From contig JBHJGN010000019.1 of NCBI GenBank assembly GCA_050331735.1, forward strand, positions 80,169 to 144,168: 64,000 bases of DNA, written 5' to 3'. The DNA comes from Cyanophyceae cyanobacterium. Lineage in GTDB: Bacteria; Cyanobacteriota; Cyanobacteriia; Cyanobacteriales; JBHJGN01. The notes under the pieces are model-generated. The model worked only from the letters and a program-made list of their open reading frames with translations. It searched no databases and was not told the DNA's origin. Made by a program: the position numbers and the translations under genes. Positions 10,343-19,680 of the stretch are shown in pieces. Within the stretch, counting starts at the first letter, position 1. The number at the start of each line of letters is the position of its first letter.

Positions 10343-10825
10343 ATGCCTGACAACGACAATATTACCAACGAACTGATCGCAGTCAATACAGACAGTACGC
10401 TGCCAGCCGAGCCTCAAGTTATCGAAACAGAAACCATTCGTCTTCTTGAGGAGCAGCTTGTCGTTGACCGACATAAGCAAAAAGTGGGCGAAATTATTGT
10501 TCGTAAAGTCGTAGAAACACGCCTGGTAGAAGTACCAGTTCGTAGTGAAAAGCTAATCGTGGAGCAGCTTGGTCCTGAAAATAGGCAGCTTGCTGAAATT
10601 AAACTTGGGGAAGGCACGATTTCTGGAGTGGAAGACTCTAGGACAGCGGCCCGCGACCGCGTCAGCGGTGATTTTTTTTCGCTAGAAGCAGCTAGTAATC
10701 TCCTACGAGCGATCGCCACCCAAAGAAGGCATGGATGCAAACGGGTGCGGATTGAGCTCGTGCTTGACGACGAACACCGTCAGCCAGAATACCAGGAAAT
10801 GTTCGATCGCTGCACGAAAAGGTAA
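10343..10825 (+). CDS. DUF2382 (YsnF/AvaK) domain protein
   Basis: The ORF is 10304-10825 and I prefer the ATG at 10343. It has one DUF2382-type unit (IRLLEEQLVVDRHKQKVGEIIVRKVVETRLVEVPVRSEKLIVEQ). Confidence 0.65.
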   Translation: MPDNDNITNELIAVNTDSTLPAEPQVIETETIRLLEEQLVVDRHKQKVGEIIVRKVVETRLVEVPVRSEKLIVEQLGPENRQLAEIKLGEGTISGVEDSRTAARDRVSGDFFSLEAASNLLRAIATQRRHGCKRVRIELVLDDEHRQPEYQEMFDRCTKR

Positions 10826-10875
10826 TAATATTATCTCTGGACAGTCAAGCGATAGATGCGGTGTCGGGAAAATAC

Positions 10876-11064
10876 TTCCTATCGGAACGGGGAAAGGGGA
10901 AAGGTTTCAGCTCTTTTGTGTTTGTGTAGCATCACCATTGAGAAATGGTATGAGGAAAAGCCGCTTTCGGGGTGGGAAAAGGAAAAAGCCCATGAATGAT
11001 ACAGCTTGTTCCTTAACACTGTGTTCTAGATCCTCCCGCACCGGGCAGTTTTCTCCTTCCCCGT
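10876..11064. repeat. Degenerate copy of the hairpin/GGGGAAAGG modular repeat family
   Basis: Contains ttcctatcggaac followed by ggggaaaggggaaagg (10889-10904). The core agcttgttccttaacactgtgttc is shared with the 40.3 kb and 41.8 kb copies. The C-rich end is ttttctccttccccgt. Confidence 0.6.
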
Positions 11065-12392
11065 TACTGAAATCCTTTTGCTTTCTTCTTTTTCTTGCCT
11101 TTCGACTTTGATTTATGGACTTGGGCTACCGCTGCTTCAAACAGATTATGTAGATGGAGCGGTACGCTAGCCGTTTCTGGCAGTTCTGGCTCACTGGGTT
11201 TTCCGTATTCCAGCAGCAGAGGCTCCAAGTCTCGCTCTAGGCTAAATTCAGGACGAGCTAACGTTGTTTGTAAGGCTCGCTCTAGGGCATCGTGGTACGA
11301 CTCCTTGAGCTGTTGCCAGATATAAAAATTGATCGTTGGGTCTTGTAGATACTTGCGCACCAAGTCAGGATTAATCGGCTGACTATCGTCTTTAGCGGTC
11401 AGCGTCGATACAAACTGGGCATAGGTAGGAATAAACATCTGTCCCCAGCGCGGGTGAGAGAAGGAGGTCACGTGCTCAGCGTTTTTGATCTCGGGCGGGA
11501 GATCAATTTTAGGAGTGACCATTGGTGAAGATAAAGCCCCTTCAACGGCCTGAGCGACGGTATCAGAGCTTTCTCCCGATTCAGCCGCAGCGGCGGTGGT
11601 CAATTCTTCGGCGTCAACTCCCGCCTCCTGCGCTACCTCTTGAAGAGATTTAGAACCATCGATCCCCGCGGCAGCAAGACGCTTATGGCTCATAATCTGC
11701 TGTAGTTCTGCTAGCTGTTTATTCAATTCGTATCCAGAAAGCGTCAGGCGATCGCTCCCAAAAAAATCGACAAACTCTTGATGAAACTGCGCCACCGAAT
11801 CCCAGGCCTGCTCCAGCAGTTCAGGTGCATCGCTATAGAGTTGCCCCCGGTAGTTCTCCTTAAATTCCCCAATAGCCACGGCTAACTTAGGTTTACCTAA
11901 TTTCCCCTTCAAAATACACGGACTAAACATCCACTCGCTCTCCGAAATTGGGGTCATCCTCGTCAGAATAATTTCCCCGCTTCCTAGTCTCTTCAGCTCA
12001 TCTTCAGGAATATTGTCAGCAAAAGCAGTGTAGCGTTTGGCAGTCAGCCAGTTCATCAGCGTAAACCCTTGAGGGAGGGTTTCAACAATTTCAAACAACC
12101 CCGTGAAGCTGCGCTGCCAGTCGTTGAGAAGAGTACGCGCTGCTGCGGTAAGTTTAGCTTGTTCGCTATATAGCTCAACAGGCGTTCTGTCTCCCACCTG
12201 CCCTTGAGTTAAAAAGGTATCAACAACGATGCTTTGAATTTTAGAGTCGTAGCGATCGCAGTTCGCGTATTCTGCGACAAAGGTTTCAAGGGCAACGGCT
12301 ATCTCTCCTTCTGCATTGTAAACCCAGTCGATCAAATCCTGTTTAAGTGCTTGTGCCTGTTCTATCGTCACAGTTATTATTGAATAAGCCAA
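11064..12392 (-). CDS. Hypothetical protein with Lys-rich C-terminal tail
   Basis: ORF of 442 aa with a TTG start in the track. I recognised no motif. The tail is KSKSKGKKKKKAKGFQ. Confidence 0.65.
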   Translation of the reverse strand: MAYSIITVTIEQAQALKQDLIDWVYNAEGEIAVALETFVAEYANCDRYDSKIQSIVVDTFLTQGQVGDRTPVELYSEQAKLTAAARTLLNDWQRSFTGLFEIVETLPQGFTLMNWLTAKRYTAFADNIPEDELKRLGSGEIILTRMTPISESEWMFSPCILKGKLGKPKLAVAIGEFKENYRGQLYSDAPELLEQAWDSVAQFHQEFVDFFGSDRLTLSGYELNKQLAELQQIMSHKRLAAAGIDGSKSLQEVAQEAGVDAEELTTAAAAESGESSDTVAQAVEGALSSPMVTPKIDLPPEIKNAEHVTSFSHPRWGQMFIPTYAQFVSTLTAKDDSQPINPDLVRKYLQDPTINFYIWQQLKESYHDALERALQTTLARPEFSLERDLEPLLLEYGKPSEPELPETASVPLHLHNLFEAAVAQVHKSKSKGKKKKKAKGFQ

Positions 12393-12453
12393 CCCTTCTA
12401 GATTAACGAGAAGAGAGCAAAATCAGACGATCTTTAAGCCCTGTGCAAGCTGT

Positions 12454-12723
12454 TCAATTAAACCCTTTCCCCTTTCCCCTCTTCCCCTTCCCCACCGCCC
12501 CGCGACTATGATTTAATTCCATCGGTACGTCTGCTAACGCTTCATCCGGCAAAACGTAAGAAGAGGCAATCAGCTTCTCGTCCCAGTCCACAATCTCCGG
12601 GTAGCGAATCCCTGGTAATATTTGTACTGCAAAGATCTCCTGCACCGCTTCCTCAAACCTCAGAAAAGCCACTGTTTGACCCGTTTGCAAATTAACAACC
12701 CATACGCCACTTCTGGCAACCAA
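12454..12723 (-). pseudogene. C-terminal relic of a TIGR03032-like conserved hypothetical gene
   Basis: The 89-aa ORF (GVWVVNLQTGQTVAFLRFEEAVQEIFAVQILPGIRYPEIV) resembles only the C-terminal end of that roughly 330-aa family (from memory). No upstream coding continuation exists. The last codons (GKGKRGKGKGFN) are read from the C-rich repeat at 12464-12494. Confidence 0.5.
12464..12494. repeat. C-rich arm of the modular repeat family
   Basis: The sequence is ccctttcccctttcccctcttccccttcccc. Confidence 0.6.
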
Positions 12724-12739
12724 GACGGGGGGATTCTTG

Positions 12740-13623
12740 CTTCCGCTAGTGGATACGGAAGGCTAAATGCGACAATAAACCAGCAGCACCATCACAGGGA
12801 ACCAGGCACAGGAAGGAGGCGGCATTCTTAATGAATCTGCTTCGGTTACTGTTGAAAATAGCGAAATTTCAGACAACGAAGCCGAGCGAGGCGGCGGTAT
12901 CTTTAGCGAGGGCATCGTCGTGCGCGCGAGCATATTCTATGCTGCCGAAAAAGGTGAAATAACAGTAGAAAACAGCACGATTTCTGGAAATACAGCCAAT
13001 GACGTCGGTGGCGGGGTCTATAACGACGATGGCTTTTTAGAACTGAATAACAGCACAGTTTCTGGGAATACAGCAGATAATGGCGGCAGCGGCATTGTTA
13101 CCTTGAGTTCAACAATTACCATATCTTATGGTGGTGGCAGCTATTATTACGTCCTGTACCCCGGTGGAACGGAAATTCGCAATACAATTATTGCTGCCAA
13201 TGATAACAATACAGATGTTGAGGGCGATGTAGAAGGTCGCTTTAACCTCGTTTGTTGAGGGCGATGTAGAAGGTCGCTTTAACCTCGTTGGTAATGGAGA
13301 CGGAGTGGCAAGCTTTGTTGATGGAGAAAACGGTAATATTGTCGGCACGTCAGCTAAGACCCGCTCCTCGGTCCCCTACAGGATAACGGTGGTCCGACCC
13401 GAACTCAGGCTCTCCTGCTCGGCAGTCCAGCCTTCAATACCGGAGATCCTAACTTTACGCCGCCGCCCTTTACCGACCAGCGAGGCTTTGAGCGGGTACT
13501 TTTCGAGCGTGTTGATATGGGAGCGGTAGAAGCAGTGCCTGGACCGGAAGCAACTCTGGGATGGATACTAGGACTAGTCGCTCTCGGGGCTGCCCGTCAC
13601 TACAGGCGGCGAAGCTCGCATTA
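12740..13623 (+). pseudogene. Frameshifted relic of a parallel beta-helix repeat protein with a PEP-CTERM anchor
   Basis: Own translation across three frames. Beta-helix repeats are present (VENSEISDNEAERGGGIF, VENSTISGNTANDVGGGVY, LNNSTVSGNTADNGGSG). Next comes [14 protein letters not shown]...[19 protein letters not shown]. The end is [29 protein letters not shown], which is PEP-CTERM-like. There is no N-terminus, and the frame is broken at about 13256 and about 13365. Confidence 0.65.
13217..13290 (+). repeat. 37-bp tandem duplication inside the beta-helix pseudogene
   Basis: The sequence gttgagggcgatgtagaaggtcgctttaacctcgtt occurs twice head to tail (13217-13253 and 13254-13290). Only the last base differs. 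The unit length is not a multiple of 3 and creates the TGA stop ending at 13258. Confidence 0.85.
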
Positions 13624-13758
13624 AAAGAAATAGAGGTAACAGCGCTTGGACAATCAGCAGGCTTAGATGTGTTTGATTACATCTAGAGGGGGAGAATGCT
13701 GCTGGCGTTCTCCAAATACAGTAGTAAGGTGAAGCCCAAAACTTACAGAAAACACACC

Positions 13759-15270
13759 ATGAGTCTCATTGCTGCTAAACCTGTTTCTTACTGGATCGAC
13801 TCAACTCCAGAAGCCGAATTTCCTTCACTGACTCACAATGTTTTAGTCGATGTCGCCATTGTGGGTGCCGGAATTGCTGGTCTTACTGCCGCCACCCTAC
13901 TGAAGCGAGCGGGTAAAACTGTTGCCGTGGTCGAATCGAAGCAGATTTCGACCGGAGTCAGCGGTCATACGACGGCAAAAGTAACCTCCCTACATCAGCT
14001 CATTTACGCCGATCTGACGAAAGAAATCGGCGAGGAGAAAACCCGGCTCTATGCCGAGTCTAACCAGGCGGCAGTGGAGCGCGTCGCTCAGTTTATCAAA
14101 GAAGAGCAGATCGACTGCGATTTTAGCCGCAGAAGCACCTACACCTACGCGCGATCGCAACAGCAGCTAAGCCAGGTGGAAGCGGAAGTAGAAGCGGCCC
14201 TGAAAGCAGGACTGCCGGCTTCTTTGGTGAACGATACCTCTTTACCATTCCCCGTTGCTGGGGCCATTAAAGTTGACAATCAAGTGCAGTTCCACTCGCG
14301 CAAGTATCTTCTGCACCTCGCCAAGAGTCTTCCCGGTAACGGCAGCTATGTGTTTGAAAATACTAGAGTTGAGTCGGTAGAAGAAGGAGACCCCTGTCAG
14401 GTGATCACTCAGCGAGGAGTCGTAGAAGCTCAAGATGTCCTAATTACCACCAACTTGCCGATTCTCGATCAAGGACTGTTCTTTGCCAAGACCTATCCCA
14501 AGCGTTCCTACATCATTGGGGCTCCTATTGACCCGGCTAAAGCGCCAGAAGGAATGTTTATCGGCACCGGAGAAAACTACCACTCGATTCGTACCACTCC
14601 TTACGAAAATGGCTTGCTGTTGCTGGTCGGCGGCGGCGGACATAAAGTCGGGACAGTCACGAACACCGAGGAAAAATATCAGCAGCTCGAAGAATTTGCG
14701 CGATCGCACTTTGATATCGATACGATTGACTACCGCTGGTCTACCCAAGATATGGTCTCGTTCGACAAGCTGCCCTACATTGGTAAGCTGACTCCTCTTA
14801 ATAATCATCTCTACGTCGCCACTGGCTTCAGTCTGTGGGGAATGAGCAAAGGCACTCTCTCAGGAATGCTGCTTAGCGATCTCGTCCTCGGTAAAAACAA
14901 TCCTTGGTCCGATCTTTACGATGCCACTCGCGCGACCCCGTTTATTTCCCAACAGTCAATCCAGGAAAACTTAGATGTCGGGCGGCATTGGGTCGGCGAT
15001 CGCCTCAAGGGGTTAACGGCATCGGTGTCTGATGTGAACAACGGTGAGGGCAAGCTGATTACCGTTAACGGCGAGAAAGTAGCAGCCTACCGAGATCAGC
15101 AGGGTAAACTACACGCGGTTTCCGCCGTTTGTTCCCATTTAGCCTGTATTGTTGACTGGAATAGCGCTGAAAAGAGTTGGGACTGCCCCTGTCACGGAGC
15201 ACGCTTCACCTACGATGGCGAAGTATTGCGCGGTCCGGCGGTGAAAGACTTAGACAAATATAACCTGTAG
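13759..15270 (+). CDS. FAD-dependent oxidoreductase with C-terminal Rieske [2Fe-2S] domain
   Basis: The ORF is 13696-15270 and I prefer the ATG at 13759. It has the dinucleotide fold VAIVGAGIAGLTAA and the Rieske motifs CSHLAC...CPCHGARF. Confidence 0.85.
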   Translation: MSLIAAKPVSYWIDSTPEAEFPSLTHNVLVDVAIVGAGIAGLTAATLLKRAGKTVAVVESKQISTGVSGHTTAKVTSLHQLIYADLTKEIGEEKTRLYAESNQAAVERVAQFIKEEQIDCDFSRRSTYTYARSQQQLSQVEAEVEAALKAGLPASLVNDTSLPFPVAGAIKVDNQVQFHSRKYLLHLAKSLPGNGSYVFENTRVESVEEGDPCQVITQRGVVEAQDVLITTNLPILDQGLFFAKTYPKRSYIIGAPIDPAKAPEGMFIGTGENYHSIRTTPYENGLLLLVGGGGHKVGTVTNTEEKYQQLEEFARSHFDIDTIDYRWSTQDMVSFDKLPYIGKLTPLNNHLYVATGFSLWGMSKGTLSGMLLSDLVLGKNNPWSDLYDATRATPFISQQSIQENLDVGRHWVGDRLKGLTASVSDVNNGEGKLITVNGEKVAAYRDQQGKLHAVSAVCSHLACIVDWNSAEKSWDCPCHGARFTYDGEVLRGPAVKDLDKYNL

Positions 15271-15575
15271 ATCAACTGAGGGGAAAGGAAGAAGCGGTGC
15301 GGCTCTGCGCCTCGAAGGGGTACTTTCAGAAAAGCTTCGCTAACGGCATCCTCCTGGACGCAATCACGGGGCTTCCAAAGTATCGCTAGTTGTGCGGAGG
15401 TTGCCTTCGCAAAGATTTGGCGGCGGAACAAGTCGGAACTCGGTTTCGGCAGTGCACTTTCCCGCCGTACGACGGCGGGAAACGGCGACCGCAGCACTAG
15501 GGCGGGCGGCTGCATTCCGAACACAATAGCTACGTCATACCAATTAGAAAAAGTCATGAGAGACTTGATCCGTTG

Positions 15576-15630
15576 GGAAAAAGGGGAAAGGGTCAGGGGG
15601 AAAGGTAAACACAGCAAGCCTTTCCCTTTT
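15576..15630. repeat. Compact copy of the modular repeat (G arm, short core, C arm)
   Basis: The sequence is gggaaaaaggggaaagggtcagggggaaagg taaacacagcaag cctttccctttt. Confidence 0.65.
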
Positions 15631-15770
15631 AAGAGCCAACTCTTTGTTAGTTAGGAGAACTATCTCACTACTTTCGGTCAATGGTATCAATTAGATTAGC
15701 GGGATGAGCTTTGCTCCGAGCAGCCGCCGTAACCGCTTTAGCCACTACCATCTGACCGCGTTTGCTACTG

Positions 15771-17312
15771 CTAACTTCGGCTATAGCAGGAGGTAATTGC
15801 CGCCAAAACGGCTAGAACAATAGTTAGCCAGTCTCCCCATCTGACGTATAAAGTCTGCGTCTGTCTTCGGTAAATTGTGCCTGCGTAGACTTCGTAGGTA
15901 TTAATATCAGAAATCCATACTGTTCTTCCATGAGGATCGACAACGCCAGAATAGCCAGTGTTGGTCGCTCGTGCTGCCCAGCGGTCGGTTTCAATAGCTC
16001 GCATTACGTCTTGGGCGTGGTGTTGGGCAGGCATGGTGCTGCTGTAATGAGCATTGTTGGAGGCGGTGAGAATCAATTCACCTCCCTGGGCCGCCTGCCT
16101 GCGGAAGTGGCGAGCGTAAGTAGAATCGTAGCAGATACCAACGATCGCTCGACCGAACGGAGTAGCGAGTACCTGGTCTGGAGATCCGGCAATCTGATGC
16201 TCGTCGAGAGGGGATAAGCGCTCGATGATTCCCCCAAGAACGGATTCAAACGGTACGTACTCGCCGACAGGCACTAAATTAACCTTGTCGTAACGGCTAA
16301 AAATGCCGTCCTCGGTCATGGTAAAAAGACTGTTGGTGTAGCCGCGTTGATGATGGCCAAACGTTCCTACCCAAGCCACAACGCCTTGCTCTCGAATCGC
16401 CTGTACCAGAGTGCTATTCATCAATTTGTCTTGAAAGAACGGGAGCGCTCCTTCCGGGGTTAACACCGCTTCCACTCCTGCCTCTACTAATTGCTGATAG
16501 CCTCTTGTATATCCTGTTAGGGCGCGACGTAACCCTGGGGCAGAGAGCTTGATGACGTTCGGAATATTTCCCTGAATAATGCCAACCTTTAGCGCCGCTG
16601 CTTGTGGATCTGCCAGTGGGCGAGCATACATTCCCCAGCCAATTAAATGCAGGCCCAGAAAAACAATTAGAGGAAGGACAAGGAGAACTGGTTTTTGCTG
16701 ACGGCTGCTTCTGATGGCGATGATGCCTTCGGCTATTAAACCATTAACGGCCACAAGTGCCGCTGTTACTGTTGTCGGTCCTGACAGTTTGCCAAGCTGA
16801 AGAATCGCCAGATTGTACGGGCTTTGAGTATAAGATAAAGAACTCCACCACAGCGGTCCGGCACTCCAAATCGCTTCTAAAACACACCAACAGGCAACGC
16901 CGAAGAGAACGCGGCTCAGGCTGGGCAAGAATTTTTGTCGAGATGATGCTGAGAGTAGCATCATTCCCGCTGACCAAAGCGCCACTAAAGCAGCTCCCCA
17001 GAAAGTAATAAATAGCCAGCAGGCGATCGCAATCAGTAAACTACTCAACCAAGGCACTCCCATCCAGGTCATCGGATGAACGCCGGTAATCCAAAACAGG
17101 GCCAAGCCGTGATAGCCGACTCCCCAGGCAGTTGCCCACAGCAGTTTGCTCTTAATACTTGGTTTAGCTAAAGCGAGTAACATCCACAGCGGCGCTAACC
17201 CCACCCAGGCAAGCAGATAGCTATTAATCGGTGCCGTGGCACACCCCGTTACGATGCCGCTGAACAGAGCTATTAGAGGAATGACCGTATTTTTACGCAG
17301 AGATTTCAGCAA
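15771..17312 (-). CDS. lnt: Apolipoprotein N-acyltransferase
   Basis: ORF of 513 aa. It has a multi-TM N-terminal half and a C-terminal CN-hydrolase domain with the catalytic-Cys context AIVGICYDSTY. The start codon is TTG. Confidence 0.85.
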   Translation of the reverse strand: MLKSLRKNTVIPLIALFSGIVTGCATAPINSYLLAWVGLAPLWMLLALAKPSIKSKLLWATAWGVGYHGLALFWITGVHPMTWMGVPWLSSLLIAIACWLFITFWGAALVALWSAGMMLLSASSRQKFLPSLSRVLFGVACWCVLEAIWSAGPLWWSSLSYTQSPYNLAILQLGKLSGPTTVTAALVAVNGLIAEGIIAIRSSRQQKPVLLVLPLIVFLGLHLIGWGMYARPLADPQAAALKVGIIQGNIPNVIKLSAPGLRRALTGYTRGYQQLVEAGVEAVLTPEGALPFFQDKLMNSTLVQAIREQGVVAWVGTFGHHQRGYTNSLFTMTEDGIFSRYDKVNLVPVGEYVPFESVLGGIIERLSPLDEHQIAGSPDQVLATPFGRAIVGICYDSTYARHFRRQAAQGGELILTASNNAHYSSTMPAQHHAQDVMRAIETDRWAARATNTGYSGVVDPHGRTVWISDINTYEVYAGTIYRRQTQTLYVRWGDWLTIVLAVLAAITSCYSRS

Positions 17313-17318
17313 TTTGAA

Positions 17319-17795
17319 TTAATGAGGCAGAAAATCTAGGTCGAGAACTTGTTCAGGCGTGAAAGGCGACTGCTCAGGAAAAGATTTCAGCGCTAAGCGA
17401 GTTTCGATGGCGGCTCGTCTTCTAGCCCGTTGATAGAGAGCCTCAAAGTTTTCGTTATAAAAGCGCTTTAAGCTAGGACTCTCTTGAAAATCAACTTCTA
17501 AACGCTCTCTGTGCTCGTTGATGGAGGAGAGCCAGCTATTGCTTCTTTTGTCTGACTGATATTTCCATTTAAGAAGACGAAGCAAGACGATTTTGGCGTT
17601 ATTCAAGAGCGCCTTTTTCTCGCTTCTGCCCAACGCTTCAATTTCCTCAATCAGATTGTCCCAGTCTACAGTATCAAAATCTTTGGCCTTTAATTGTTGG
17701 GCTGTCTGCTGTATCCATAGCCAAAAATCAGTATCGTAGAGATTTTTTAAAGTTGAGCGATCGCTGCTCTTCTCCAGAAATCTAAAATCTTTCAA
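17319..17795 (-). CDS. DUF29 domain protein
   Basis: ORF of 158 aa with the DUF29 signature LYDTDFWLWIQQTAQQLKAKDFDTVDWDNLIEEIEALGRSEKKAL. Its stop is 6 nt upstream of the lnt start on the same strand. Confidence 0.85.
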   Translation of the reverse strand: MKDFRFLEKSSDRSTLKNLYDTDFWLWIQQTAQQLKAKDFDTVDWDNLIEEIEALGRSEKKALLNNAKIVLLRLLKWKYQSDKRSNSWLSSINEHRERLEVDFQESPSLKRFYNENFEALYQRARRRAAIETRLALKSFPEQSPFTPEQVLDLDFLPH

Positions 17796-17936
17796 GGGTA
17801 TTCTCCTATTTCCTCCCGTCGAAGAAAAATAATGCTCGGGAAGAGTCTTGTCAGCATGATATCTTCATAGTATCTCAGAGCAATTTAACAATCAGCGGCG
17901 TTGCATATATAGAGAGATGAGTATAGAAGAAAGTCG

Positions 17937-18470
17937 ATGAAATGTCCAGAATACCGCTCCCAGCATATCCGCAAAAACGGCAAGAACAAAGGCAAGCAAA
18001 ACTATATTTGTGTAGCTTGTAGACGTCAATTGATCACTGACTACAAAGCCCACAAAGGTTACTCAGACGAGTTTAAGCGAGAAGGTCTCAAGCTGTATGT
18101 CAACGGCATGGGTTTGCGAGCGATTGAGAGAGTCAAAGGAGTGCATCATACAACGGTAATTACTGGGGTAAAGCAAATTGGAGAACTCTTGCCGGATACC
18201 TACGATCTGGAGACGACGCCCCAAGTCGGAGAATTAAATGAGTTGGAAACGTTAGTCGGCATAAAAAAAACAAATTTGGCTGTGGACGGCAGTAGATCAC
18301 TTGGTTCGCGGAATTGTCGGTTGGTCTCTAGGCGACCGGAGAGCCGAAGCTTTTCGACCCTTAGGGAATTTGGGATGCCAATGGCAATGCTATTTCTATG
18401 TCACTAATGGCGCTCAAGTCTACCAACGTTTTATTGCTGATGGCGACCCGATTATGAGTAAAACCGACGA
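17937..18470 (+). mobile_element. IS1-family transposase relic (frameshifted and 3'-truncated)
   Basis: Zn-finger/HTH part: MKCPEYRSQHIRKNGKNKGKQNYICVACRRQ...NGMGLRAIERVKGVHHTTVI...ELNELETLVG. The frame breaks near 18290 and continues as VRGIVGWSLGDRRAEAFRPL...CQWQCYFYVTNGAQVYQRFI in the 18301 ORF. The catalytic C-terminal part is missing, and the first CxxC is mutated to CPEY. No terminal inverted repeats were identified. Confidence 0.7.
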
Positions 18471-18501
18471 CCCACCTCGAAAATACCTGAAGAAGGCATC
18501 T

Positions 18502-19107
18502 ATGAGCTATTTAAAGTTACACACATCTCTTTTCGTGACGGCGCTTGTTGTTCTCGCACCGACAGCAGCAGTCGCCCAGAGCGATATTCGTACAGAGCGG
18601 GTTCAGTTTGAGCCGGGCGCAAGCAGTGCCGTCATCGAGGACTCTATCACTGGCTACGAGATCGTAGACTATGTTCTCAACGCCAGAGAAGGACAGTATG
18701 CGAACGTTAGCATGGCAACCGACAATAGCGTTAATTACTTCAACATCCTGAGACCGGGTGAAAACGCAGTGGCCATGTTCAACAGCTCTACGGGCGTGAA
18801 TCAGTACGAGGGGATTCTTCCTGAGAGCGGCGACTACAAGATTCGGGTCTACATGATGCGGAGCGCCGCACGCCGGAACGAGGTAGCCAACTACCGCCTC
18901 GAAATGATTATTACAAATCCTGGGGGCAGTGTCTCCGATAGTGATGCCTCAGTTGAGGGAACTAACAATAATGCAATGGGCAACGTTTCCTGTACAATGT
19001 CTGAGGGACAGCCGACTGGTTCTGACCCCTTCGGTGTCACTCGTGAGGAAAACGGGACGGGCATCTTTACAGACATTAGGTTCGATCGTCTCGCTCGGCG
19101 GTGGTAG
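18502..19107 (+). CDS. Hypothetical secreted protein
   Basis: In-frame ATG at 18502 inside ORF 18301-19107. The signal peptide is MSYLKLHTSLFVTALVVLAPTAAVAQ. The rest is a soluble domain with a Cys near the C-terminus. It appears intact within a decayed island. Confidence 0.7.
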   Translation: MSYLKLHTSLFVTALVVLAPTAAVAQSDIRTERVQFEPGASSAVIEDSITGYEIVDYVLNAREGQYANVSMATDNSVNYFNILRPGENAVAMFNSSTGVNQYEGILPESGDYKIRVYMMRSAARRNEVANYRLEMIITNPGGSVSDSDASVEGTNNNAMGNVSCTMSEGQPTGSDPFGVTREENGTGIFTDIRFDRLARRW

Positions 19108-19134
19108 TGATGCTTTGGGGAGAGATCGCGGTAA

Positions 19135-19597
19135 TCTCAGAAAACCGCTTGAAGTCAGCACTCGCGGCATTGCGAAAGGGCGAGGTGTGGCACTGTTATC
19201 GACTTTGGGAGTCTGTAGCGGCTACGCCGTTCATACAGCGTTAGCCGTGTAGGTTTATCAGCCCTACTGCAAGCATCTGCAACTGCCTTTGAGATCGTCC
19301 GCTATGCTGGTGCAGGTTATCTCGTCTATTTGGGGATGCGGACTCTATTGAGCAAAGAGTCTTCAATACCAGCAAACCGTGAAGCAAGAACGTAGGACGT
19401 GTTCCCTTACAAATGCTGGTTTACGGGCTATCTTTTACAGCTTTGTGCCTACTAATTTATGGAACAATTGGATATTTTGCGGGGGATTGGGAAACCGCCT
19501 GATTCAGCAACCGCGAATTGCTGATTTTATGAAGTGGTTTTCCGGCAGTGTTTTAATTGGATTAGGGTTAAAAATGGCAATTCCAGAGCGCCAGTAG
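19135..19597 (+). pseudogene. LysE/RhtB-family exporter relic (5'-truncated, frameshifted, internally deleted)
   Basis: Own translation gives three pieces. These are GRGVALLSTLGVCSGYAVHTALAV (stop), then after a frameshift GLSALLQASATAFEIVRYAGAGYLVYLGMRTLLSK, then LTNAGLRAIFYSFVPT...MKWFSGSVLIGLGLKMA. They are collinear with LysE-family helices, but the total is far too short. Confidence 0.6.
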
Positions 19598-19680
19598 TGA
19601 AAATGCATCACAAGGCGATCGCCAACGCTGAAATAGATAACGACACGCTACCCAGATTTCACAAGTAACTTCAACTGGAA

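Noticed and set aside
15210-15617. 135-aa minus-strand ORF as a real gene
   Set aside because: It is Arg/Pro-rich with no motif. It begins in a repeat arm and overlaps the 3' end of the Rieske oxidoreductase antisense by 60 nt. The opposite strand is also open. I treat the region as non-coding or unexplained (see finding).
18301-19107. 268-aa ORF as one protein
   Set aside because: It is a chimera. The first 55 or so codons are the out-of-frame continuation of the IS1 transposase relic. A signal peptide begins at the internal ATG at 18502.
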